Origin: Lysobacterales bacterium
GTDB taxonomy: Bacteria > Pseudomonadota > Gammaproteobacteria > Xanthomonadales > SZUA-5
Reading direction: 5' to 3'
Assembly: GCA_050250665.1 (NCBI GenBank)
Contig: JBFWOF010000017.1
Span: 40,076 to 104,075, forward strand
Length of the DNA stretch: 64,000 nucleotides
A program made the translations under genes and the position numbers. Position 1 is the first letter of the stretch, and each line of letters begins with the position of its first letter. Of the stretch, positions 28,989 to 37,573 are shown piece by piece. The notes beneath the pieces were generated by a model that was given only the letters and a program-made list of their open reading frames with translations, ran no database searches and was not told the origin of the DNA.

Positions 28989-31082
28989 CTACGGCAGCGC
29001 CAGATCCACGCCCAGCCAGAGGCTGCGGGCCGGGGCGGGCTCGAAGTAGCGGCCGAAGGCCTCGTTGACGATGACCGAAGCGCTGTAGCGACGGTCGAGC
29101 AGATTGTCGACGCGCAGCGTGAATCGGGGACGGCCCCAGTTGCCCGGCGGTGCCAACCATTGGAGGCTGAGACTGCCGACGGCATAGCCGGGCACCCGGT
29201 CCTGGTTGCGGTCGCTGGCGGGCGTTGCCGACAGCGCTTGCCATTCCAGACCGGCGCTGAAATCGGCTTGCGGCCGGTACGACAGGGCCAGGTTGGCGCC
29301 GCGCGCCGGCACCCCGGCCAGTCGCTGTCCCGCCGCTATTTCGCGGGGAATGCCGGCGCACGGAGGCTGTGGGCAGCTGCTGTAGCCGGCGCTGTAGCGG
29401 GCATCAAGCCAGTTGCCGACGCCACGCACGGACCATTGCTCGGAAAAGCGCCACAGCGCGGACAATTCGATGCCGCGGCGGCGGGTTGCGCTGGCGTTCT
29501 GGAAGCTGGTGCGCCCGCCCGAGGAACTGGCCACGACGATCTCGTCGCTGGTCTGCACCTGATAGCTCGTCAGTTCGGCGTTGACGCGCTCATCGGCGTA
29601 GCGCAGCCCCAGTTCGGCCTGGCGCGCCCGCGCCGGGCGCAGCTCGCGGTTGAATCCGCTGCCGGCATCGTCGCGATAAGCCAGTTCGGCCAGCGTGGGC
29701 AGTTCCTGGGTGCGCCCGATCGCGCCGTGCAGCAGCCATTGCGGGTGCAGCTGATAGCTGAAGCCCAGCACCGGCAGCGTGGCGGAACTGGCGTATTCGC
29801 CGCTGTCGTCGGGATTGCCGCTGACGATATAGCGATCCAGACTCTGGTAATCGGTCAGGCTGCGGCGCACACCGGCTGACCAGCGCCAGGCCGGGCTCGT
29901 GTCCAGATCGACGCGGACCATGGCATCGCGCGCCCGGCTGTCATTGCGCTCATTCCGACGCAGCGCGCCACGCACACCCAGCTGGCTGGCAAGGAAGTTC
30001 TCGAAGCCGAGGCGATCCTCAAGCAGACGCTCGTCGCGGATCTCGGCGCTGAATTCGGCTTGCCCGAAGCCCAGCTGCGCCGGTCGCGACCAGCGCAGCG
30101 ACCAGCCATGATAATCACGCCCCAGATCGATGACCCCGCCACCGCTGGCCGGCTGCGCCTGGGCAGCGCGCGGCACACTCAGGAACTGATCGATCTGGCG
30201 CTCGCCGGCATAGACCGAAAAGCTCCATTCCGAACGCTCGAACTGGCGACTGTAACTGGCGCCCAGCTGCGACTGGCGGGTGCTCTTGCGGGTGTTGTAG
30301 AGCAGTGCAGCGGGATTGGCCAGCTGCCGGTCGCCTTCGAACTCGTCCCGGGTCAGCGTCTGCGGGTCCTCGCCCAGCGGCTGATCCTGATGGTGCGCGC
30401 TCAGGCTCAAGCGCGAGGCCGCATCGGGTTCCCAATCCATGCGCGCCGCAAGCAGCGTGCGTTCGGCCCGGCTGTGCTCGCGACTGCCTTCGCTGCGGTA
30501 GCGGTGCCCGGACAGCGAGCCGCGCAGCTCGTTGCCGGCGTTGAGCTCGAAGCCGACCCGCCGCTGACCGAAACTGCCCAGCCCCAGATGGAGGCGATCG
30601 GGACTGGCCAGATCGTCGCGGCGACCGTCAAGGCGCAGATAAGCGCCACCGTTGGTGTACAGCGCCGCGAACGGACCTCGAATCAGACTGACTCGACCCC
30701 CGGCAGACAGGTCCAGATGGCTGATCTGGCTCTGCCCATCCGCAGCCGTGGCCGGAATGCCGTCGTATTCCACCCGCAGCCCGCGCACGCCAAAGGGACT
30801 GCGCGCGCCGAATCCGCGTATCTGGATCTGGGTGTCCTGGGCTCCGTTGTTGCGCGGTCGCGCGATCACGCCGGGCATTTCGCTCAGTACCTCGGCGATA
30901 TCGAGCAACGGCCGTCGCTGCGCCAGATCGGCCAGATCCAGCTCGATCAGCGCGTCGGGTCGGCGCTGCTGCTCGATCCGCCTTTGCTCCGCGCTGATCA
31001 CCGCCGGGAGACGCGTGTCCGGCAGATCGCGCGGCTCTTGCACCTGAACCAGCAACCCGGCCAGCAGCAGCGAGCTCAGCAC
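28989..31082 (-). CDS. TonB-dependent outer-membrane receptor
   Basis: Plug-domain motifs (IAEVLSEMPGVIARPRNNGAQDTQIQIRGFG, GLRVEYDGIPA) and a long beta-barrel with NLLDRRY near the end. Start placed at the GTG after the rubredoxin stop. The C-terminus ends LALP rather than with the usual aromatic residue. Confidence 0.8.
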   Translation of the reverse strand: MLSSLLLAGLLVQVQEPRDLPDTRLPAVISAEQRRIEQQRRPDALIELDLADLAQRRPLLDIAEVLSEMPGVIARPRNNGAQDTQIQIRGFGARSPFGVRGLRVEYDGIPATAADGQSQISHLDLSAGGRVSLIRGPFAALYTNGGAYLRLDGRRDDLASPDRLHLGLGSFGQRRVGFELNAGNELRGSLSGHRYRSEGSREHSRAERTLLAARMDWEPDAASRLSLSAHHQDQPLGEDPQTLTRDEFEGDRQLANPAALLYNTRKSTRQSQLGASYSRQFERSEWSFSVYAGERQIDQFLSVPRAAQAQPASGGGVIDLGRDYHGWSLRWSRPAQLGFGQAEFSAEIRDERLLEDRLGFENFLASQLGVRGALRRNERNDSRARDAMVRVDLDTSPAWRWSAGVRRSLTDYQSLDRYIVSGNPDDSGEYASSATLPVLGFSYQLHPQWLLHGAIGRTQELPTLAELAYRDDAGSGFNRELRPARARQAELGLRYADERVNAELTSYQVQTSDEIVVASSSGGRTSFQNASATRRRGIELSALWRFSEQWSVRGVGNWLDARYSAGYSSCPQPPCAGIPREIAAGQRLAGVPARGANLALSYRPQADFSAGLEWQALSATPASDRNQDRVPGYAVGSLSLQWLAPPGNWGRPRFTLRVDNLLDRRYSASVIVNEAFGRYFEPAPARSLWLGVDLALP

Positions 31083-31116
31083 GTGCTGGCTCCGCGAAGC
31101 TGGCTGGGCCCCGGGC

Positions 31117-31317
31117 TCACGCCTCGACCATGTCGAAATCGGCCTTGCCCACGCCACAGTCCGGGCAGGTCCACCAATCGGGCACATCGGCCCAGCGCGT
31201 GCCGGCGGCGATGCCCTCGGCCGGCCAGCCGGCGGCTTCGTCGTAAATGAAGCCACAGACCACGCATACAAAGGTCTTCCACGGCCCCTGGCCGTCGGTG
31301 GGTTCCCCTGCGCTCAT
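31117..31317 (-). CDS. Rubredoxin
   Basis: 66 aa with two Cys pairs in the classic context ([12 protein letters not shown] ... [13 protein letters not shown]). Confidence 0.9.
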   Translation of the reverse strand: MSAGEPTDGQGPWKTFVCVVCGFIYDEAAGWPAEGIAAGTRWADVPDWWTCPDCGVGKADFDMVEA

Positions 31318-31467
31318 CGTTGATCATCCCGGAAATGAAAAAAGGACGCGGATTCTGGCATAAGCAGGCGTGATCGCTGGATCATCGGCAAGGCCAGTCG
31401 CTGTGGCTACAGCATACCGGTGCGCCTGCAAAACTCTGCCAAACCCCGAGCAAGGTAGCTTCAAACC

Positions 31468-32094
31468 ATGAATCCAAGCCTGATCCGCGGCCTTTATGCG
31501 CTGATCGACACCACCTGGCTGGCACCGGACCAGCTGACCGAGGCCGCGGCCGCCTGCATCCGTGGCGGCGCCCGGCTGCTGCAATATCGCGACAAGACCG
31601 CCAGCGCTGCTGAGCGCGCCGAGCGCGGCCGGGCGATCTTCCAGGTCTGTCGGCAGCTGGGCGCGGTATTCATCGTCAACGACGATGTCGAACTGGCCTT
31701 CGAACTGATGGCGCATGGTGTGCATCTGGGTGAACTGGATTCCACCATCAGCGCGGCGCGGGCGCGTCTGGGGCCGCTGGCGATCATCGGCGCCTCCTGC
31801 TACGACAGCGTGGTCAATGCCCAGCGCGCTGCCGATGCCGGCGCCAGTTATCTGGCCTTTGGCGCCTTCTTCCCCTCCAGCACCAAGAGCAACACGCGCG
31901 AGGCCCACCCGATACTGCTGCGCAAGGCGCGAGCGCTGGGCCTGCCCCTGGTCGCCATCGGCGGCATCACCCCGGACAACGCGCCAGAACTGATCGCCGA
32001 GGGCGCCGACGCCCTTGCCGTGGCCGGCGGGCTCTATGGCGGCGCCGACATCGAAGCCGCAGCGCGGCGCTATGCGACGCTGTTTGCGGGGTGA
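31468..32094 (+). CDS. thiE: Thiamine-phosphate synthase
   Basis: 208 aa. LYALIDT...LLQYRDK...VNDDVELA...GVHLG...IGGI pattern typical of ThiE. Confidence 0.85.
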   Translation: MNPSLIRGLYALIDTTWLAPDQLTEAAAACIRGGARLLQYRDKTASAAERAERGRAIFQVCRQLGAVFIVNDDVELAFELMAHGVHLGELDSTISAARARLGPLAIIGASCYDSVVNAQRAADAGASYLAFGAFFPSSTKSNTREAHPILLRKARALGLPLVAIGGITPDNAPELIAEGADALAVAGGLYGGADIEAAARRYATLFAG

Positions 32095-32152
32095 GAGGCG
32101 CGGGGCACATCGCGCAGCGATGATGTCGGTCTCTGGAGGCATGTTGCCAGCA

Positions 32153-32264
32153 GCGGAACGCAGAGTACGCTGAGATGCGCAGAGAACGCGGAGAGCAGCC
32201 AAACGGAACAGGAGAGCCATCTCTCTGCGTTCTCCGCGGCCCTCGGCGTTCTCTGCGTTGAAAC
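32153..32264. repeat. Family E palindromic element (~112 bp, GCGGAACGCAGAG...CTCTGCGTTGAA)
   Basis: Long imperfect inverted repeat. A second full copy lies at 62452-62562 and a partial copy near 36960-36995. Confidence 0.85.
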
Positions 32265-32302
32265 TCTTGTCGGCAGGCCACGCTGTCCGCACCAGGGCGA
32301 GA

Positions 32303-32373
32303 GCGTCCAGACAAGTCTGGACCTACCAAAGCCAGAAGTAGGTCACGTTGTCCGCGTCAGCGGACTAGGTGAC
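32303..32373. repeat. REP family A single copy followed by a family B hairpin
   Basis: gcgtccagacaagtctggacctac (32303-32326) and gtaggtcacgttgtccgcgtcagcggactaggtgac (32338-32373). Confidence 0.85.
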
Positions 32374-32392
32374 GCTCACTCCAGCCAGCTTC

Positions 32393-32770
32393 CTATCGAG
32401 CCCCGACCTCGCCATCGCCGAGGCGTTCGCGCAGTCTCTGGGCGTCAAAGCAGCGGTCCGACTTCCAGCGTTCTGGCGCCGGTTGGTCATGATCGATCTC
32501 GATGCGATCCCGCAGATCGTCGAGCACGCGATAGACGCGATCCTGCAGCGGCTCGGGGCACAGTTCCAGATGCAGCAGCAGGTCGAGCAGATGTCCGAGC
32601 CGTCGGGCGTCGCGTTCAATCAGCGTGGCCGACAGCGTGTCCAGCTCGTTGTAGTCCGGGTGCATCAACCAGACCACTGCAGCATCCTCCGCAACGCGAT
32701 AGTCGGTGTCGCGCAGGGCCAGCTCCAGCGGCGATGCGGTTTCGTACTGTGCGGCGGTATTCATGCGCAT
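32393..32770 (-). CDS. Hypothetical acidic protein (125 aa)
   Basis: Only an ORF of reasonable length in a gap not explained by other genes. No family recognised. Confidence 0.4.
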   Translation of the reverse strand: MRMNTAAQYETASPLELALRDTDYRVAEDAAVVWLMHPDYNELDTLSATLIERDARRLGHLLDLLLHLELCPEPLQDRVYRVLDDLRDRIEIDHDQPAPERWKSDRCFDAQRLRERLGDGEVGAR

Positions 32771-32972
32771 GGCCGGGCTTGCCCCGCGGCCGGGTTCCAG
32801 AGTGTGGGATTACATTCAGTCATCCCTTAAGCGTGAGCCCAGCAGGGCGCGACGTCAACTGGGTGGCCGATCGGGCGCCGCCGCAGCGCCCGCGCATTGC
32901 CACCCCTTACGCCTTGCATGCCCGCGCTTGCTCGGCAAGGCTACACTGGACATTCCGACATCGAATCTGATC

Positions 32973-34073
32973 ATGCGCGCGACCACCGCCACCATCCATC
33001 TAGATGCGCTGCGCCACAATCTGCAGCGCGTACGCGCCCTGGCGCCACGCTCGCGAGTCATGGCCGTGGTCAAGGCCGATGGCTACGGCCATGGTCTGGA
33101 GCGGGTCGCCCAGGCGCTGAGCACGGCCGATGCCTTTGGCGTGGCCACACTGACCGATGCCGAGCGCCTGCGCCGCGCCGGGCACGGCCATCGAATCGTG
33201 CTGCTCTCCGGTTTTGACGAGCCCCAGGATCTGGCGCTGGTGCAGGAACTGCAGATCGATTGCGTGTTGCACCACGAGTACCAGCTGGCCCTGCTGGAAC
33301 GGACAACACCGGCCAGACCCCTGGCCCTGTGGGTCAAGATCGATACCGGCATGCACCGACTGGGCTTTGCGCCGGAACAGGCGCAGCGCGTCTACCAGCG
33401 CCTGCAGGCGCTGCCGCAGGTGGGCGAGATCCGCTGGATGACCCATTTTGCCTGCGCCGACGAGAATGACCGCGAGCAGACCGAGGCCCAGATGCAACGG
33501 TTCAGCGCCGCCATCGAGGGCTTGCCCGGCGAGCGCAGCCTGGCCAATTCGGCCGCGCTGCAAGCCTTCCGTGACAGTCAGGGCGATTGGGTGCGTCCTG
33601 GCGGCATGCTCTACGGCCTGTCCACCTTTGCCCGCAAGATGGGCCGAGATCTGGGCCTGCAACCGGCGATGAGCCTGTCGACGCGCTTGATCTCCGTGCA
33701 GACGCTGGCCGAGGGCGAGCGCGTCGGCTACGGCGGCACCTATGTCTGTCCTCACGCCATGCGCATCGGCATCGCCGCGATCGGTTACGGCGACGGCTAT
33801 CCGCGCCACGCGCCGAGCGGCACACCGGTCAAGATCGACGGGCAGACCGCGATGGTGATTGGTCGGGTATCGATGGACCTGCTGGCCATCGACCTCAGTA
33901 CCGCGCCAGGCGCCGGCATCGGCAGCGAAGTCTTGTTGTGGGGCCCGGAGTTGCCGGTCGAGCGCGTCGCCGAGATGGCTGGCACCATCGGCTACGAGCT
34001 GGTTTGCGGCGTGACCCGGCGGGTGCAGTTTGCCGCTGATCAGGGCAGCGCCGACATCAGCGCCGCCGCCTGA
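32973..34073 (+). CDS. alr: Alanine racemase
   Basis: PLP-site motif VVKADGYGHG near the N-terminus. 366 aa after trimming to MRATTATIHLDAL. Confidence 0.9.
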   Translation: MRATTATIHLDALRHNLQRVRALAPRSRVMAVVKADGYGHGLERVAQALSTADAFGVATLTDAERLRRAGHGHRIVLLSGFDEPQDLALVQELQIDCVLHHEYQLALLERTTPARPLALWVKIDTGMHRLGFAPEQAQRVYQRLQALPQVGEIRWMTHFACADENDREQTEAQMQRFSAAIEGLPGERSLANSAALQAFRDSQGDWVRPGGMLYGLSTFARKMGRDLGLQPAMSLSTRLISVQTLAEGERVGYGGTYVCPHAMRIGIAAIGYGDGYPRHAPSGTPVKIDGQTAMVIGRVSMDLLAIDLSTAPGAGIGSEVLLWGPELPVERVAEMAGTIGYELVCGVTRRVQFAADQGSADISAAA

Positions 34074-34077
34074 GCTC

Positions 34078-36822
34078 ATGAGCTCCTACCCGGCGACCTG
34101 GCAGGAATGGCTGACCGAACGCCGGCAAAGCTTGCAGGCAGCGGACGCCTCGGTTGCGCTGGATGCGGTACTGCTGGCCAGTGACTTTGCCTTCGAGGAG
34201 CTGCGTCGTCGCTCGGCCCTGCTGTCGCTGCTCGACAGCAGCGAGGCCCCGGAATTGCAGCCGCCGGCAGCCGACGATCCCGATCTCAGCAGCCGCCTGC
34301 GCCAGTTTCGCAGAGCCGAGTCGCTGTCGATCATCATCGATGATGTGCTCGGGCGTGATCCGGTCGAGCGCACGCTGCAACGCACCACGGTGCTGGCCGA
34401 GCGCTGTATTGAGGTCGCCTTCGCCGCCGCCCGGGCCGAGTTGGTGGCGCGCCATGGTGAACCCCGTGACGAAGACGGTGTGGTCCAGTCGCTGATCGTC
34501 TATGGCCTGGGCAAGCTCGGCTCCCGTGAACTCAACTTCTCCAGCGACATCGATCTGATCGCGGCCTTCCCGCGGGCCGGCGAAACCGATGGTCGGCGCG
34601 CCCTCGACAACGAGGATTTCTTCGCCCGCCTGGTGCAACGCGCCAGCACCCTGCTCGGCGAGACCACCGCAGAAGGATTCGGCTATCGCGTCGATTGGCG
34701 CCTGCGCCCCTTCGGTACGGCCGGTCGCCTGACCCTGTCCTTCGACGCCATGGAAGATTACTACCAGCGCGAAGGTCGTGAATGGGAGCGCTTTGCGCTG
34801 CTGCGGGCGCGACCGGTCGCCGGCGATCTGGCGGCCGGACGCGAACTGCTGGAACGGCTGCGGCCCTTCGTCTGGCGCCGTTATTTCGACTACGCCGCCC
34901 TCGAGGGCCTGCGCGAACTGAAGGCCATGGTCGACGCCGAGGTACGGCGGCGCGAGCGCGAACACGATCTGAAACTCGGTCCGGGCGGCATTCGCGAGAT
35001 CGAATTCCGGGTGCAGCTGGAATCGATCATCCGCGGCGGCCGCGATCCCAGCCTGCGCACCGGCAACACCCTGGAACTGCTGACCCTGCTGGCAGAACGT
35101 GGCGTGATCGCTGCCGACGAGGCCCTGGCCCTGGCCGAGGCCTATTGCTATCTGCGCCGACTGGAAAACCGGGTGCAGATGTATCGCGATGAGCAGACCC
35201 ACGTGCTGCCGGACGACCCGGACCTCCGCGAGCGCTATGCGCTGGCCCTGAGCTACGCCAGTTTCGATGCGCTCATGGACGATCTGGACTATCACCGCAC
35301 CCTGGTCAGCGCGGCCTTCGAACGTTGCCTGCCGCTGGCTTCCACCGGTCCTGCGCTGCCGGCTGGCCACGACGGCGATGTCCAGCTGTGGCGCCGCTTC
35401 ACGGTATCGGCAGAGCAAAACGGCGAAAGGCCGGCCCTGCCCGACAGCGCCGATGCCCGCGCGCTGCATCGGCTGGCGGAGACGCCGGCCGTGCGGGCCA
35501 TGAGTGCGCGCGGCCGCGCCCGACTCGATCGGATCGTGCCGCTGGTGCTGGCGGCTTGCCGCGATGGCCAGAGTCCGGATCAGGCGCTGGAGCACTGGGT
35601 CAATCTGCTCGCCGCGGTGGCCGGTCGCACCAGCTATCTGGCCCTGCTGGCCGAGCGCCCGGCGCTGATTGCGCGGGTACACCGGCTGCTGGTCGCCAGC
35701 CCCTGGCTGGCCTGCGCGCTGGCGCAATCGCCGATCCTGCTGGATGACCTGCTCGATCAGCGGCTGGCGGTGGGCGCACCCGGCAAAGTGGAATTCGCGG
35801 CACGCCTGGACCAGGAACTGGCGGCGGTCGATCCCGGCGACACCGAGCACGAGCTGGAACGCGTACGCCAGTTCCAGCAAAGCGCGCGCCTGGAACTGGC
35901 GCTGGCTTTTCTCGACGGTCGCAGCGATGCAGCGCGCACGGCCAGCGGTCTGGCTGATGTCGCCGATCTGGTCATCGACAGGCTGTTGCGTTTTGCCCTG
36001 CGCGATCTGGCCGCCCAGCACGGCGCACTGCCCGGTCTGAATCCCGAACTCGGCCTGGCCGTGATCGGCTACGGCAGCCTCGGTGGTCGGGAGCTCAATT
36101 TCAGCTCCGATCTGGATCTGGTTTTTGTCTACGACGAGGAGCTGCAGAACGCCGAAAGCAGTGGCGCCCGCGCGCTTGATGGCCAGCGCTATCTGGCCCG
36201 GGCCGCGCAGCGTCTGCTGCATCTGCTGACGGTGCAGACCGCCTTCGGCCCGCTCTACGAGATCGACGCCCGATTGCGCCCGAATGGCAGCAAGGGTCTG
36301 CTGGTGACGCCGCTGTCAGCCTACGCCCGCTACCAGGATTCCGAAGCCTGGCTGTGGGAGCACCAGGCTCTGGTGCGGGCGCGCTTTGTCGCCGGAGATG
36401 CCGCTCTGGGCGCCGAGTTCGAGTCGCTGCGCACACGCACCTTGCTGCGCGTCCGCGACCCGGTCGCCGTGGCCCAGGAAGTCAGCCAGATGCGCGAGCG
36501 CTGGCGCGAGGCGCTGGATCGCAGCAACAGCGAGCGCTTCGATCTGAAACAGGGACATGGCGGACTGGTGGATATCGAATTCATCGCCCAGCAACAGCTG
36601 TTGGCCGAAGGTCAACATTGCCGGGATCAGGAACCACCACCGACCGAAACCGCCGCGCTGCTGGATTGGTTGACTCGTCACGGCCTGCTCGACTCAGAGC
36701 GCGCTGCATCGATGGCCGAGGCCCATCGCCGCCTGCTCGACCGTGGCCTGCGCTGCGCACTGGCGCTGGAAAGCCGCATCGTGCCCAGCGCCGAAGCCCT
36801 GAGTCTGGCCTGGCGCGGGTAA
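34078..36822 (+). CDS. glnE: Bifunctional glutamine synthetase adenylyltransferase/adenylyl-removing enzyme
   Basis: Two nucleotidyltransferase modules (GKLGSRELNFSSDIDLI and GSLGGRELNFSSDLDLVF). ~914 aa. Confidence 0.9.
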   Translation: MSSYPATWQEWLTERRQSLQAADASVALDAVLLASDFAFEELRRRSALLSLLDSSEAPELQPPAADDPDLSSRLRQFRRAESLSIIIDDVLGRDPVERTLQRTTVLAERCIEVAFAAARAELVARHGEPRDEDGVVQSLIVYGLGKLGSRELNFSSDIDLIAAFPRAGETDGRRALDNEDFFARLVQRASTLLGETTAEGFGYRVDWRLRPFGTAGRLTLSFDAMEDYYQREGREWERFALLRARPVAGDLAAGRELLERLRPFVWRRYFDYAALEGLRELKAMVDAEVRRREREHDLKLGPGGIREIEFRVQLESIIRGGRDPSLRTGNTLELLTLLAERGVIAADEALALAEAYCYLRRLENRVQMYRDEQTHVLPDDPDLRERYALALSYASFDALMDDLDYHRTLVSAAFERCLPLASTGPALPAGHDGDVQLWRRFTVSAEQNGERPALPDSADARALHRLAETPAVRAMSARGRARLDRIVPLVLAACRDGQSPDQALEHWVNLLAAVAGRTSYLALLAERPALIARVHRLLVASPWLACALAQSPILLDDLLDQRLAVGAPGKVEFAARLDQELAAVDPGDTEHELERVRQFQQSARLELALAFLDGRSDAARTASGLADVADLVIDRLLRFALRDLAAQHGALPGLNPELGLAVIGYGSLGGRELNFSSDLDLVFVYDEELQNAESSGARALDGQRYLARAAQRLLHLLTVQTAFGPLYEIDARLRPNGSKGLLVTPLSAYARYQDSEAWLWEHQALVRARFVAGDAALGAEFESLRTRTLLRVRDPVAVAQEVSQMRERWREALDRSNSERFDLKQGHGGLVDIEFIAQQQLLAEGQHCRDQEPPPTETAALLDWLTRHGLLDSERAASMAEAHRRLLDRGLRCALALESRIVPSAEALSLAWRG

Positions 36823-36827
36823 GGGCT

Positions 36828-36950
36828 GGTTATTGGTTATTGGTTGTTGGTTGTTGGTTGTTGGTTGTTGGTTGTTGGTTGTTGGTTGTTGGTTGTTGGT
36901 TGTTGGTTGTTGGTTGTTGGTTGTTGGTTGTTGGTGTCGGTGTCGGTGTT
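36828..36950. repeat. Heptanucleotide microsatellite (GGTTATT)2(GGTTGTT)13 followed by (GGTGTC)-type hexamers
   Basis: Counted directly: 15 heptamer units from 36828 to 36932, then ggtgtcggtgtcggtgtt. Begins 5 nt after the glnE stop. Confidence 0.95.
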
Positions 36951-37071
36951 GGAAAGAGCAGGCTCACGCGGAGACGCGGAGGGCGCGGAGAAGAGCGCGA
37001 GCTGCATTGGCTTCCTGTGGGAGTCCCGGTCGCCCCTGGCGGTGCGCTTATTCGCGCATCAAACCGTGGAA

Positions 37072-37404
37072 GTAGGTCACGTTGACCCGAAGGGTCTACG
37101 TGACAGCTGCGTCAGTCACGTAGGCCCCCACGCGGCCAAGATGGCACCTACATTAAAATCAGAGACTTGCGGTGTACTTGGTGAGAACGGGCTCTGTCCG
37201 CGATTGCGGCCCGACGCGTCACGAAGGTGGAAGCAATCCAGACGCAGCGCCACAAGTTCCTGGATTGCTTCGTCACTACGTTCCTCTCCATGAACCCATA
37301 TCGTAAGTTGTTGATTTGCCGTTGTAGGTCATGTTGCTCGCGTAGCGAGCGAGGTGACGCAACTCGATGTCACGTAGTCCGCTGTCGCGGACAACATGAC
37401 CTAC
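37072..37404. repeat. Cluster of family B hairpins plus a 12-bp-stem hairpin in the glnE-gltX spacer
   Basis: gtaggtcacgttgacccgaagggtctacgtgac (37072-37104), hairpin gaagcaatccag/ctggattgcttc (37230-37271), and an 81-bp doublet gtaggtcatgttg...caacatgacctac (37324-37404). Confidence 0.85.
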
Positions 37405-37573
37405 GACGGCGAGTTCATGGCTCGTAGGCAATTTCGGGCCGAAACAGGTGGCTCGCAGTGACGCCAAGGTGCCAGCTTTTCCGCTGTCCCCTTTCCCGCC
37501 CCCCCTGCCCCGTGCCCCTTGCCCCGTCCAAATGCTACCCTTCGCCCCCATTTTCACCAGCCCCGACGAATCC

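Noticed and set aside
31318-31467. TPP riboswitch upstream of thiE (also considered for thiS at 48770-48796)
   Set aside because: I could not find the conserved CUGAGA / ACCUGAUCUGGAUAAUGCCAGCG-type core. The thiS upstream gap is only 27 nt.
34057-36222. 721-aa minus-strand ORF opposite glnE, and similar shadows at 4184-5410, 25967-27739, 40854-42281, 46327-47697 and 59002-60468
   Set aside because: Same reasoning as above. Each overlaps a gene with clear family motifs on the other strand and has no motifs of its own.
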